In this document: positions 1 through 7,758 of the stretch, piece after piece
How positions within the stretch are numbered: the first letter of the stretch is position 1
Layout of the letters: each line of letters begins with the position of its first letter
Origin: Pedosphaera parvula Ellin514
GTDB taxonomy: Bacteria > Verrucomicrobiota > Verrucomicrobiia > Limisphaerales > JADJPG01
Assembly: GCA_943332515.1 (NCBI GenBank)
Contig: CALQPR010000014.1
Coordinates: 27,283 to 91,282 of the forward strand
Length of the DNA: 64,000 nucleotides
Direction: 5' to 3'
Notes under the pieces: model-generated
Seen by the model: the letters and a program-made list of their open reading frames with translations, nothing else
The model's database searches: none
Told to the model about the DNA's origin: nothing
Program-made: the position numbers and the translations under genes

Positions 1-117
1 TATTGGGACGTGGACAATGTCCGGCTCGTCAGCGTCCCGGAACCCGCCACGCAGGGCCTGCTGGCGCTGGGTGCCGTGGGAATGATTATTCTCCGCTCGC
101 GCTCTCACCGGCGTTGA
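1..117 (+). CDS. 3' end of a PEP-CTERM-anchored secreted protein (5' part lies outside the window)
   Basis: Frame +1 reads YWDVDNVRLVSVPEPATQGLLALGAVGMIILRSRSHRR* (stop at 115-117). VPEP motif, hydrophobic helix and Arg-rich tail make a canonical PEP-CTERM sorting signal. Confidence 0.8.
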   Translation, partial: YWDVDNVRLVSVPEPATQGLLALGAVGMIILRSRSHRR

Positions 118-136
118 GATTGAAGTCGCCCACAAC

Positions 137-1108
137 ATGAGAGACTTCTCCAGCCTGAGCTCAGGCGGTGGCGCGTGCTTTATCAAGAGCAGCCGATCAG
201 TGGCGTTGATCTCTCTTGTCCTGTTGGCGGGCGGAAGCGGAATCAACCCCGCTCACGCTGCCTCCCTCAGTGTGCCGAACAGCTCGTTCGAGTCCCCCGC
301 CACCTTGTATGTGGATGTGAACGTCGGCTCCTGGCAGAAGGCTCCCAAGCCGGCGTGGTATGCAGAAGCCGGGGGGTTCCTTTGGACACAACTCACGGGC
401 ACCTTTAAGAACTCTGCGCCGGGCAGCTTCGATCATATCGAGAATTGCGAGGGCGCGCAGGGGCTCTGGCTGTTCGCCGTTCCGGAATCAGGCCTGTTCC
501 AAGATTACGAATCACAAGACGCAAACTCTCCTGCGCCGACGCATGAGTTCAACGCGACGTTCAAGGTCGGCCGGACCTATGCGCTCACGGTCGGAGTCAT
601 CGGAGGTGGTGGCGGGATGTCCAACGGCGCACCGATCGAGCTCAGTCTTTACTACCGCGATGCCGCCAGCAATCGCGTCCAGATCGCCTCCACCCAAGTG
701 ACGCATTCCCCGGCGGTCTTTCCTGATCGCAACCACTTCGTGGATTTCCATGTGGAGGTCCCGACCGTAAAAGCGACGGATCCGTGGGCCGGTGAACACA
801 TCGGCATCGGCATCCTCTCAACCGTCACCACCAACCTCCAGGGCGGCTATTGGGATCTCGATAACGTCCGCCTCGCCGAGAGCAGCGCGCCGGTGCTGGC
901 GGCGGCCATGCTCATCGACGGAACATGCCGCATCACGTTGCAGAGCGACCCAGGCCGGTTTGAAATCTTGGCCAGCACCAACCTCGCGCTCCCGCTTGGC
1001 GCTTGGTCCAGCATCGGCCTCCTCACCAACACGGCGGCGAACGCGTCCATCACCGATCCGGAGACCAACCTCCTGCAACGCTTTTACATCGCCAGAGAGC
1101 TGCCCTAG
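137..1108 (+). CDS. Secreted jelly-roll/lectin-like protein; paralogue of the preceding PEP-CTERM protein but ending in a 60-aa FY-terminated domain
   Basis: ATG ORF of 323 aa. Signal peptide SVALISLVLLAGGSGINPAHA. NSSFESP...GSWQ and GGYWDLDNVRL motifs match the upstream fragment (YWDVDNVRL). Tail is ...LLQRFYIARELP*. Confidence 0.75.
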   Translation: MRDFSSLSSGGGACFIKSSRSVALISLVLLAGGSGINPAHAASLSVPNSSFESPATLYVDVNVGSWQKAPKPAWYAEAGGFLWTQLTGTFKNSAPGSFDHIENCEGAQGLWLFAVPESGLFQDYESQDANSPAPTHEFNATFKVGRTYALTVGVIGGGGGMSNGAPIELSLYYRDAASNRVQIASTQVTHSPAVFPDRNHFVDFHVEVPTVKATDPWAGEHIGIGILSTVTTNLQGGYWDLDNVRLAESSAPVLAAAMLIDGTCRITLQSDPGRFEILASTNLALPLGAWSSIGLLTNTAANASITDPETNLLQRFYIARELP

Positions 1109-1120
1109 TCTTCCCTTGGT

Positions 1121-1906
1121 TTGAAACACGCGAAGCCATTAAGTTGCCCCCATGCGTTCACGCTGATCGAGTTACTGGTCGTCATCGTCATCGTCGGGAT
1201 CCTCGCCGCCATGCTCCTCCCGTCGCTCGCCTCGGCCAAGCTCGCGGGCAAGAAAGCCGTGTGCCTCTCCAACCTCCGCCAGATCGGCATTGCCCTGGAA
1301 ATGTATGCCGGCGAAGGAGACGGTCGGATTCCCTTCGGCCCGACTGCGCCGCCGTTCACCAGTCCGGCGGAGCTCTATCCCTCCACCGGATCGCCCACAA
1401 GCCTGCTCTCCCTGCGCAGTGGCGCCCCGGTCGGGCTCGGGCTCCTCCTCGATTCATACCTCGCCAGCACCCCGCGTGTCCTCTTCTGTCCCGGCGGCGA
1501 TCAACTGGTGAATGCCGAAGCGGAGCTGGAGAAGGTCGGCACCACCCAGGCTCAGGGCAGCTACTACTACCGGCACGCCGGCATCACTCAACTCTTCTAC
1601 ACTCCCTCATCCATCCCGCCACACCTGCAGCTCGACAACCTCGGCACCAACCGCAACGGCACCCCCATCCGGGCGCTCGTCATCGACACCCAATTCCTCT
1701 GCCCGCCCGAATTGGAATCCTTCAACGTCCGGGTCCGCACCCATCACCAGCGACGTCACGCCAACATTCTCTACGCCGATGGCAGCGCCGCCTCGCGCCT
1801 GAATCAGGACGGGCGATTCAACGTGGACGTGCGCAGCTACCCGGCACTGCACGATGCGTTGAACAGGATCTTGAAAGTCTTTGAAGTCGCCGACGCAGAG
1901 CCCTGA
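1121..1906 (+). CDS. Pseudopilin-like protein with prepilin-type N-terminal methylation helix and DUF1559/H-X9-DG-like C-terminus
   Basis: N-terminus ...HAFTLIELLVVIVIVGILAAMLLPSLASAK. C-terminal HHQRRHANILYADGSA. TTG start 12 nt after the previous stop; no in-frame ATG upstream, so the start is uncertain. Confidence 0.8.
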   Translation: MKHAKPLSCPHAFTLIELLVVIVIVGILAAMLLPSLASAKLAGKKAVCLSNLRQIGIALEMYAGEGDGRIPFGPTAPPFTSPAELYPSTGSPTSLLSLRSGAPVGLGLLLDSYLASTPRVLFCPGGDQLVNAEAELEKVGTTQAQGSYYYRHAGITQLFYTPSSIPPHLQLDNLGTNRNGTPIRALVIDTQFLCPPELESFNVRVRTHHQRRHANILYADGSAASRLNQDGRFNVDVRSYPALHDALNRILKVFEVADAEP

Positions 1907-2080
1907 CGCCGCCCAACACGGTGCGTCCCCCGATTCCGGTGCCTGATAAGGATGGCGATTCGGGTAAGTTAATGACGCGTGAAGCGCCGCATCCGAATCC
2001 CGCCAAGAAGCGCGCTTGACCCCGCCAGCGATCGGCGTATGACCTCATTAACACCAGAAGTCTCATCGCAAAAGCCTCCT

Positions 2081-3646
2081 ATGAATACTCAAAACACACG
2101 TCGAGGGTTCCTCACCGAAGTCGGTCGTGGAATGATCGTCGCCACGGTCGGCTATTCAATGGCGTCGGAACTCGGACTGGCCACGGCGTTCGCCAGCGAG
2201 ACAACTGAGGCGCTCACGTTCGGCGAGCTGGAGTCACTCGTCTGCCTCATGCAGGAAACGCCGGCAAACAAGATTCTACCTGCGCTTGCCGCCAAATTAA
2301 AATCAGGCACCGATCTTCGGCGTCTCGTCACGGCAGCCGCGCTCGCGAATGCCCGGACCTTCGGCGGCGAGGATTACGTCGGCTTCCACACCATGATGGC
2401 GCTGTCGCCCTCGCTGCATCTGGCGCACGAACTGCCCAAGGCCGAACAGCCCCTGCCCGTCTTCAAGGTTCTTTACCGGAACACCACGCGCATTCAGGAG
2501 AAAGGCGGGCGCAAGGAGGAGGTGCTTCACGCGGTCAAACCGGCGGCGCCGCCGCGATTCCCGGGCGGCACCACACAGACGTTGGCGGATGCCGTGCATA
2601 CCAAGGATGTGACCTTGGCCGAGAAAGTTCTCGCCGCTAGCGCGCAGGAATCCCCGGACCAGGCGTTCAACGATCTGCTCCACACCGTGCAGGATCAGAC
2701 CGAGGTCCATCGCGTCGTGCTCCCGTATCGCGCGTGGGATTTGATCGGGCTCATCGGTCGCGAACACGCCTGCACCATGCTACGACAGTCCGTGCGTTAT
2801 TGCGTGAAGGCCGAGGGCTGGCAACAGAACGCCGCGCTGAGCGAACCGCGCACCTTGCTGCCAAAGCTGCTGGAGGAACATCACCTCCTTGAACGTCAGC
2901 CCGGCACTCGCGCCGCCGAGGATGCGTGGGTGGAGCAGCTCAGCCAGACGATCTTCAAGTCCACCCCCGCGCAGGCCGCCGGTGTCGCAGCAGCATCCCT
3001 TGCGGAAGGGTTCACGCCGGACGCCATCGGTGAAGCGATCTCGCTCGCCGCCAATCAACTCATTCTCCGCGACACCGGCCGCACGCCGCGCGATGAACAG
3101 GTGGGCAAGCTGGTGGGCAGCGTCCACGGCGACAGCATTGGCGTCCACGCCTGCGACAGCGCGAACGCCTGGCGCAACATGGCGCGCGTCACCAATGCGC
3201 GGAACACCTTCGCCTGCCTCATCCTCGGTGCCTACCAAGTCGCGCTCGACCGTGTGAATCGCGGCGGCGATTTCCTCAACTGGCAACCGCTCCCGGTGAA
3301 GTGGCATCTGGACGGAATCAAGAGCACCGAAGCCGACGCGCTCCTGCGCGAAGCCGACGATGCCATCCGCCAGAACCTCCAATCACGCGCGGCGGCGATC
3401 ATCCATCGCTACGGCGAACTCGGACATCCGTCGCGTCCGGTCTTCGATCTGATGCTCCGCTACGCCGTCAGCGAAGACGGCGCGTTACATGCCGAGAAAT
3501 ATTACCGCACCGTCACCGAGGAATTTGCCTCCACGCGCCCGGCCTATCGCTGGCGTCAACTCACCGCCCTCGCCCGCGTCACCGCCAGCGAATACGGACG
3601 CCCCGCCGCCGGAGTCGCGGAGGCGAGAGAGTTGCTGAAAGTCTGA
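2081..3646 (+). CDS. Tat-signal periplasmic protein of unknown function
   Basis: ATG at 2081 gives MNTQNTRRGFLTEVGRGMIVATVGYSMASELGLATAFA (twin-arginine motif plus h-region). The track start at 1979 (GTG) only adds an Arg/Pro-rich extension. No family recognised by eye. Confidence 0.65.
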   Translation: MNTQNTRRGFLTEVGRGMIVATVGYSMASELGLATAFASETTEALTFGELESLVCLMQETPANKILPALAAKLKSGTDLRRLVTAAALANARTFGGEDYVGFHTMMALSPSLHLAHELPKAEQPLPVFKVLYRNTTRIQEKGGRKEEVLHAVKPAAPPRFPGGTTQTLADAVHTKDVTLAEKVLAASAQESPDQAFNDLLHTVQDQTEVHRVVLPYRAWDLIGLIGREHACTMLRQSVRYCVKAEGWQQNAALSEPRTLLPKLLEEHHLLERQPGTRAAEDAWVEQLSQTIFKSTPAQAAGVAAASLAEGFTPDAIGEAISLAANQLILRDTGRTPRDEQVGKLVGSVHGDSIGVHACDSANAWRNMARVTNARNTFACLILGAYQVALDRVNRGGDFLNWQPLPVKWHLDGIKSTEADALLREADDAIRQNLQSRAAAIIHRYGELGHPSRPVFDLMLRYAVSEDGALHAEKYYRTVTEEFASTRPAYRWRQLTALARVTASEYGRPAAGVAEARELLKV

Positions 3647-3748
3647 ACGTCCCCAGTTCTGGTGACTGGCTGGGGACGGGGAAACGGATACCTTCATGAC
3701 GTGTCGCACGCTTGGTTCTCGGGTGTGTGTTTAGTTGGAACTGTGTGA

Positions 3749-3783
3749 AAAGGCCGGACCTGTTGTCCGGCCTTTCGTTTTTT
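3749..3783 (+). terminator. Rho-independent terminator
   Basis: 11-bp stem AAAGGCCGGAC / GTCCGGCCTTT (3749-3759 / 3765-3775), 5-nt loop, then CGTTTTTT. Confidence 0.75.
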
Positions 3784-3837
3784 CCGGTTCAAGCCCCGTG
3801 ACCCAACGCCAACAAACTGTCGATTGTTGCATCCAGC

Positions 3838-4548
3838 ATGATTCCCTTCACCCCGCCTCCCGGCTATTCCCGCATCAGAGTGGTGAACAGTTTCCATGAA
3901 CTGGTCACGACCCGTTTCGAAGGCGGCATCAACGCCCTCTGCTGGCAACGCACGCTCCCGGGAGACTTCGGCGAAGTCGTGGAACAGCTCGGCGTCAACG
4001 AGGGAATCGTCACCCTCGACGAGTCTCGATTGCTCGCCCTGCCCGTGAGCACTGCGGGCCGCGCCGCCATCGACGTTCTTCTCGAAGACCAGCGACTGCT
4101 CCGGGATCGCGACCTGGAACCAGTGCTCAACTGCATCCACGGTTACCCGCGCGATGAGGAGCCTGGGCCCGTGTCCACGGACGTCTTCTCCTTCCACGCC
4201 GACAGCGCCACGGTGGAGACTGATACCTGGCTTTGCACTTACCATGGACCCGCCAGCGAAGGCTTGCGCAATGACGAGGCGCAACGGCGCGTGGACATCC
4301 CCGAAACCCGCGCCGAACTGCTCAAACTCTTCGGCGGGCACGACAACGACGCTTTCCGCGAATACCTGAACGAAAACTGCTACGACCTCCACTATGCGGC
4401 CGTCGCGCAGGCGCAGCCTTTTTCTTTCGGCCTGGGCAATCTCTGGCGCATCGCGGTCGACTGGCCCGGCAGTCCCGTCCCCCCGTGCATCCATCGCGCG
4501 CCCGAAACCCAGCCCGGTCAGCCGCCACGGCTGTTGCTGATTAGTTGA
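3838..4548 (+). CDS. Conserved hypothetical protein (possibly DUF1826-like; weak recollection only)
   Basis: 236-aa ATG ORF with GC3-rich native codon usage and no signal peptide. C-terminal ...PPCIHRAPE motif. Same strand as thyA-folA, 137 nt upstream. Confidence 0.6.
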   Translation: MIPFTPPPGYSRIRVVNSFHELVTTRFEGGINALCWQRTLPGDFGEVVEQLGVNEGIVTLDESRLLALPVSTAGRAAIDVLLEDQRLLRDRDLEPVLNCIHGYPRDEEPGPVSTDVFSFHADSATVETDTWLCTYHGPASEGLRNDEAQRRVDIPETRAELLKLFGGHDNDAFREYLNENCYDLHYAAVAQAQPFSFGLGNLWRIAVDWPGSPVPPCIHRAPETQPGQPPRLLLIS

Positions 4549-4639
4549 AGGAGAACCACATCTCCCGCCTCAACGGACGAACGCGCTCACCGAGTCCGAA
4601 TCCACTCAGCTGTCGCTCGCGTCTGAAGCAATCTTGCTT

Positions 4640-4676
4640 ACGTTTTACGTTTCACGTTTTACCTTCGACGTTTTAC
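4640..4676 (+). repeat. Three direct repeats of ACGTTTTAC with an exact 14-nt period, immediately upstream of thyA
   Basis: Copies at 4640-4648, 4654-4662 and 4668-4676. The last ends 10 nt before the thyA ATG at 4686. Locally AT-rich. Confidence 0.9.
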
Positions 4677-4685
4677 GCTCCGCCC

Positions 4686-5480
4686 ATGCTTCAGTATCAC
4701 CAGTTGCTCCGGCTCGTTCTGGAGCAGGGCAAGTTCAAGCCGGACCGCACCGGGACGGGGACTTACTCCGTCTTCGGCGCACAGGCACGCTTCCCGTTGC
4801 AGGACGGCTTCCCGCTCCTGACCACCAAGAAGCTGCACACCAAGTCCATTCTCTACGAGCTGCTGTGGTTTTTGCGCGGCGACACAAACGTGAAGTGGCT
4901 GAACGATCACGGGGTGAGCATCTGGAACGAGTGGGCGGACGAGAAAGGCGACCTCGGCCGCATCTACAGCGCGCAATGGTGCGACTGGCGAACGGCGGAC
5001 GGGCGCTCGATTCACCAGATCGATCAGGTCATCGAACAAATCAAGAAGACGCCGGACAGCCGCCGCCTCATCGTCAGCGCGTGGAACGTCGGCGAGATCG
5101 AGACGATGGCGCTTCCTCCCTGTCACACGCTGTTCCAATTCTTCGTGCAGGACGGCGAACTGAGCTGCCAGCTCTACCAGCGCAGCGCGGATTTGTTCCT
5201 CGGCGTGCCGTTTAACATCGCCTCCTATGCGATGCTGACGATGATGGTCGCGCAGGTCTGCGACTTGAAACCCGGCACGTTCGTCCACACCTACGGCGAC
5301 TTGCATCTCTACAGCAATCATCTGGATCAGGCGAAACTCCAACTCACCCGCGAACCGCGTCCCCTGCCCCAACTGAAGCTGAATCCCGACGTGAAAAACA
5401 TCCATGACTTCAAGTTCGAGGACTTCGAACTGACAGGCTACGATCCACATGCGCACATCAAGGCGCAGGTGGCGATCTAG
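4686..5480 (+). CDS. thyA: Thymidylate synthase (ThyA type)
   Basis: [26 protein letters not shown]...PLLTTKK...[11 protein letters not shown]...LPPCH..FQF...[14 protein letters not shown]. 264 aa from the ATG at 4686. The track start at 4545 is a spurious extension. Confidence 0.97.
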   Translation: MLQYHQLLRLVLEQGKFKPDRTGTGTYSVFGAQARFPLQDGFPLLTTKKLHTKSILYELLWFLRGDTNVKWLNDHGVSIWNEWADEKGDLGRIYSAQWCDWRTADGRSIHQIDQVIEQIKKTPDSRRLIVSAWNVGEIETMALPPCHTLFQFFVQDGELSCQLYQRSADLFLGVPFNIASYAMLTMMVAQVCDLKPGTFVHTYGDLHLYSNHLDQAKLQLTREPRPLPQLKLNPDVKNIHDFKFEDFELTGYDPHAHIKAQVAI

Positions 5481-5495
5481 CCTTCCTCATCTCCC

Positions 5496-5969
5496 GTGAA
5501 ACACTTCAAAGCCATCGCGGCGATGAGCGAGAACCGCGTCATCGGGCAGGGCAGCAAGATCCCGTGGCATCTGCCGGAGGACTTCAAGTGGTTCAAGAAG
5601 ATGACTACGGGGCACGTCGTGGTGATGGGACGGAAGACCTTCGAGTCCATCGGCAAGCCGCTGCCGAATCGCACGACGATCGTGCTCTCCCGTTCGCCGC
5701 TGCAATATCCCGGCGTGCAAGTGCTGCCTGACCTCAGCCAGATAAACCCGGATGCCGATCCGCGTGAGTTCTTCATCTGCGGCGGCGCGCAAATCTACGA
5801 ACAGGCGTTGCCGCTCTGCTCGGACTTGTTCCTCACCCGCGTGAAGCGCCACGTCGAGGGCGATATTTTATTCCCGCCGTTCGAGCACCAGTTCCTGTTG
5901 CACGAGCAGGTCTTCGACGGGCCGGACTTCGATATCCTCCACTATCGCAATCGGGCGCTCGCCAGTTGA
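5496..5969 (+). CDS. folA: Dihydrofolate reductase
   Basis: AIAAMSENRVIGQGSKIPWHLPEDFKWFKKMTTGHVVVMGRKTFESIGKPLPNRTTIVLSR. GTG start 16 nt after the thyA stop. Confidence 0.93.
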   Translation: MKHFKAIAAMSENRVIGQGSKIPWHLPEDFKWFKKMTTGHVVVMGRKTFESIGKPLPNRTTIVLSRSPLQYPGVQVLPDLSQINPDADPREFFICGGAQIYEQALPLCSDLFLTRVKRHVEGDILFPPFEHQFLLHEQVFDGPDFDILHYRNRALAS

Positions 5970-6180
5970 TGGGAGTGACGGAGGCAACGGGCGAAGTGCT
6001 CTGAGAATACGCTGGGATTCGGGACGAGGAGCAACTTTTTAGCGCGATGGTCAAGGCGCGTGGAACACCCTAACCTCGTCGAGCTTTCCACCCGCTGCGA
6101 GCCACAATCAAATCTCCACTCGCCCGCCGGCACATTGAACCTTGCGCTTCGCCGGTTGAACTCAGAACAATCCGCGCCAC

Positions 6181-7758
6181 ATGTCGCAGTTGCTCAAATC
6201 CTCCGGTGCAATGAGCGCGGCCACGATGCTGAGCCGCGTTCTCGGATTAGTCAGGGCGATTATCTACACCCGGTTCATGGGCACGTCGTGGGTGGCGGAC
6301 GCCTTCTACCTCGCCTTCTCCGTCCCTAATCTATTTCGCCGGCTGCTCGGCGAAGGCGCGTTGACTGCGGCGTTCATTCCCATCTTCAAAACCAAGGAGA
6401 AGACCGAGGGCGAAGCAGCGATGTTGCAGGCCGCGAACGCCGTCATCTCCGGGCTTATGATCGCCGGGGCCGCCATCGTCCTGCTGGGCTTCCTCGGCAT
6501 CTCCGCCGCGCTCGCGCTTGGCTTTATCAAGGATGGAAAGACATTGCTGATGCTCGGCTTGCTGCGCGTGATGATGCCTTACCTGCTCCTGGTCTGCCTC
6601 GCGGCGATCTTCATGGGCATGCTGAACACACGCGGCCATTTCTTTGTCCCGGCGATGGGCGCCACGATGTTGAACATCGTCATGATCACGTCGGTCGGGC
6701 TGTCCGTATGGATCGGACGCATGAACGGCTGGCGGCTCGACCAACAAGTTTACGGCCTCGCGATCGGCGTCGTCATCGCCGGAATCGCCCAAGCGGCGTT
6801 CCAGCTTCCGCTGCTGCGCAAAGAAGGTTTTCGCTACCAGTGGACACCACCGTGGACGGACCCGACCGTGCGGCGCGTCGTGGCGCAGATGATTCCCGGG
6901 TCAATCGGCGTCGCCGCATTTCAGATCAACGTGCTGATGACCCAGGGGCTGGCGTTCGCCGTGGAAAAGGGCGTGCTCAGCTCGTTCGAAGTCGCGGTTC
7001 GCCTGATGGAACTCCCGCAGGGCGTCTTTGGAATATCCATGGCGACGATCCTCCTGCCGACTCTTTCGGGCCTTGCGGCCGAGAAGAAATATCCGGAGTT
7101 CAGAGCCACGCTCGGACAAGGAGTGAACTGGCTGGTGTTTATGAACCTGCTGGCATCCGTGCTCCTGGTGGCCCTGGCCGAGCCCATGATTCGGCTGCTC
7201 TTCGAGCACGGCGCGTTCGATGCGGCATCAACGCACGCATCCGCTTCGGCACTGATGTTTCTCGCGCCGGGCCTCGTCGCGTTCTCTGTCGTCAACGTGC
7301 TGGCCCGGGCCTTCTATGCGCTGGGCGACGTGAAGACTCCGATGTGGATCAGCATCTTTTGCCTCGTGACAAACCTGATCATCACCGCTGCCGTCATCTG
7401 GAGATTCAAACAGGCGGGCATGGGCTTCGCCAATACGCTGACCGGACTGATGAATGTCAGCCTGCTGTTCTACGCGCTGCGAAAGAAGCTCAAGACGCTG
7501 GAACTGGTGGAGCTTCGGCGACACATCGCCGTCCTGCTTGGTGCCGCAGCGGTCGCTGGCTGTGCGGCTTGGCTGCTCTTCCGCTGGTGGGCCAATCATC
7601 TCGGACACGACAGCTTCGCCACCCGACTCGGCGAAGTCTTCGTGCCGATGACGCTGGCGACCGCGATCTACTTCGGGATTAGCGCCGCGTTCAAAACCGG
7701 CCACGCGCATGATGTGTTCGGGATGTTCAAATCGCGCCTCAACCGCTCGAAAGGTTAA
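6181..7758 (+). CDS. murJ: Lipid II flippase MurJ/MviN
   Basis: SRVLGLVRAIIYTRFMGTSWVADAFYLAFSVPNLFRRLLGEGALTAAFIPIF plus a polytopic membrane profile. 525 aa. Confidence 0.93.
   Translation: MSQLLKSSGAMSAATMLSRVLGLVRAIIYTRFMGTSWVADAFYLAFSVPNLFRRLLGEGALTAAFIPIFKTKEKTEGEAAMLQAANAVISGLMIAGAAIVLLGFLGISAALALGFIKDGKTLLMLGLLRVMMPYLLLVCLAAIFMGMLNTRGHFFVPAMGATMLNIVMITSVGLSVWIGRMNGWRLDQQVYGLAIGVVIAGIAQAAFQLPLLRKEGFRYQWTPPWTDPTVRRVVAQMIPGSIGVAAFQINVLMTQGLAFAVEKGVLSSFEVAVRLMELPQGVFGISMATILLPTLSGLAAEKKYPEFRATLGQGVNWLVFMNLLASVLLVALAEPMIRLLFEHGAFDAASTHASASALMFLAPGLVAFSVVNVLARAFYALGDVKTPMWISIFCLVTNLIITAAVIWRFKQAGMGFANTLTGLMNVSLLFYALRKKLKTLELVELRRHIAVLLGAAAVAGCAAWLLFRWWANHLGHDSFATRLGEVFVPMTLATAIYFGISAAFKTGHAHDVFGMFKSRLNRSKG

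Noticed and set aside
1003-1884. 293-aa plus-strand ORF overlapping the lectin-like and pseudopilin genes in another frame
   Set aside because: It is Arg/Pro/His-rich low-complexity translation. The alternative frames give a signal-peptide protein and a canonical prepilin N-terminus.
4545-4685. 47-codon N-terminal extension of thyA in the ORF track
   Set aside because: ThyA homology begins exactly at MLQYHQLL (ATG 4686, 264 aa). The extension covers the AT-rich repeat array and has non-native composition.
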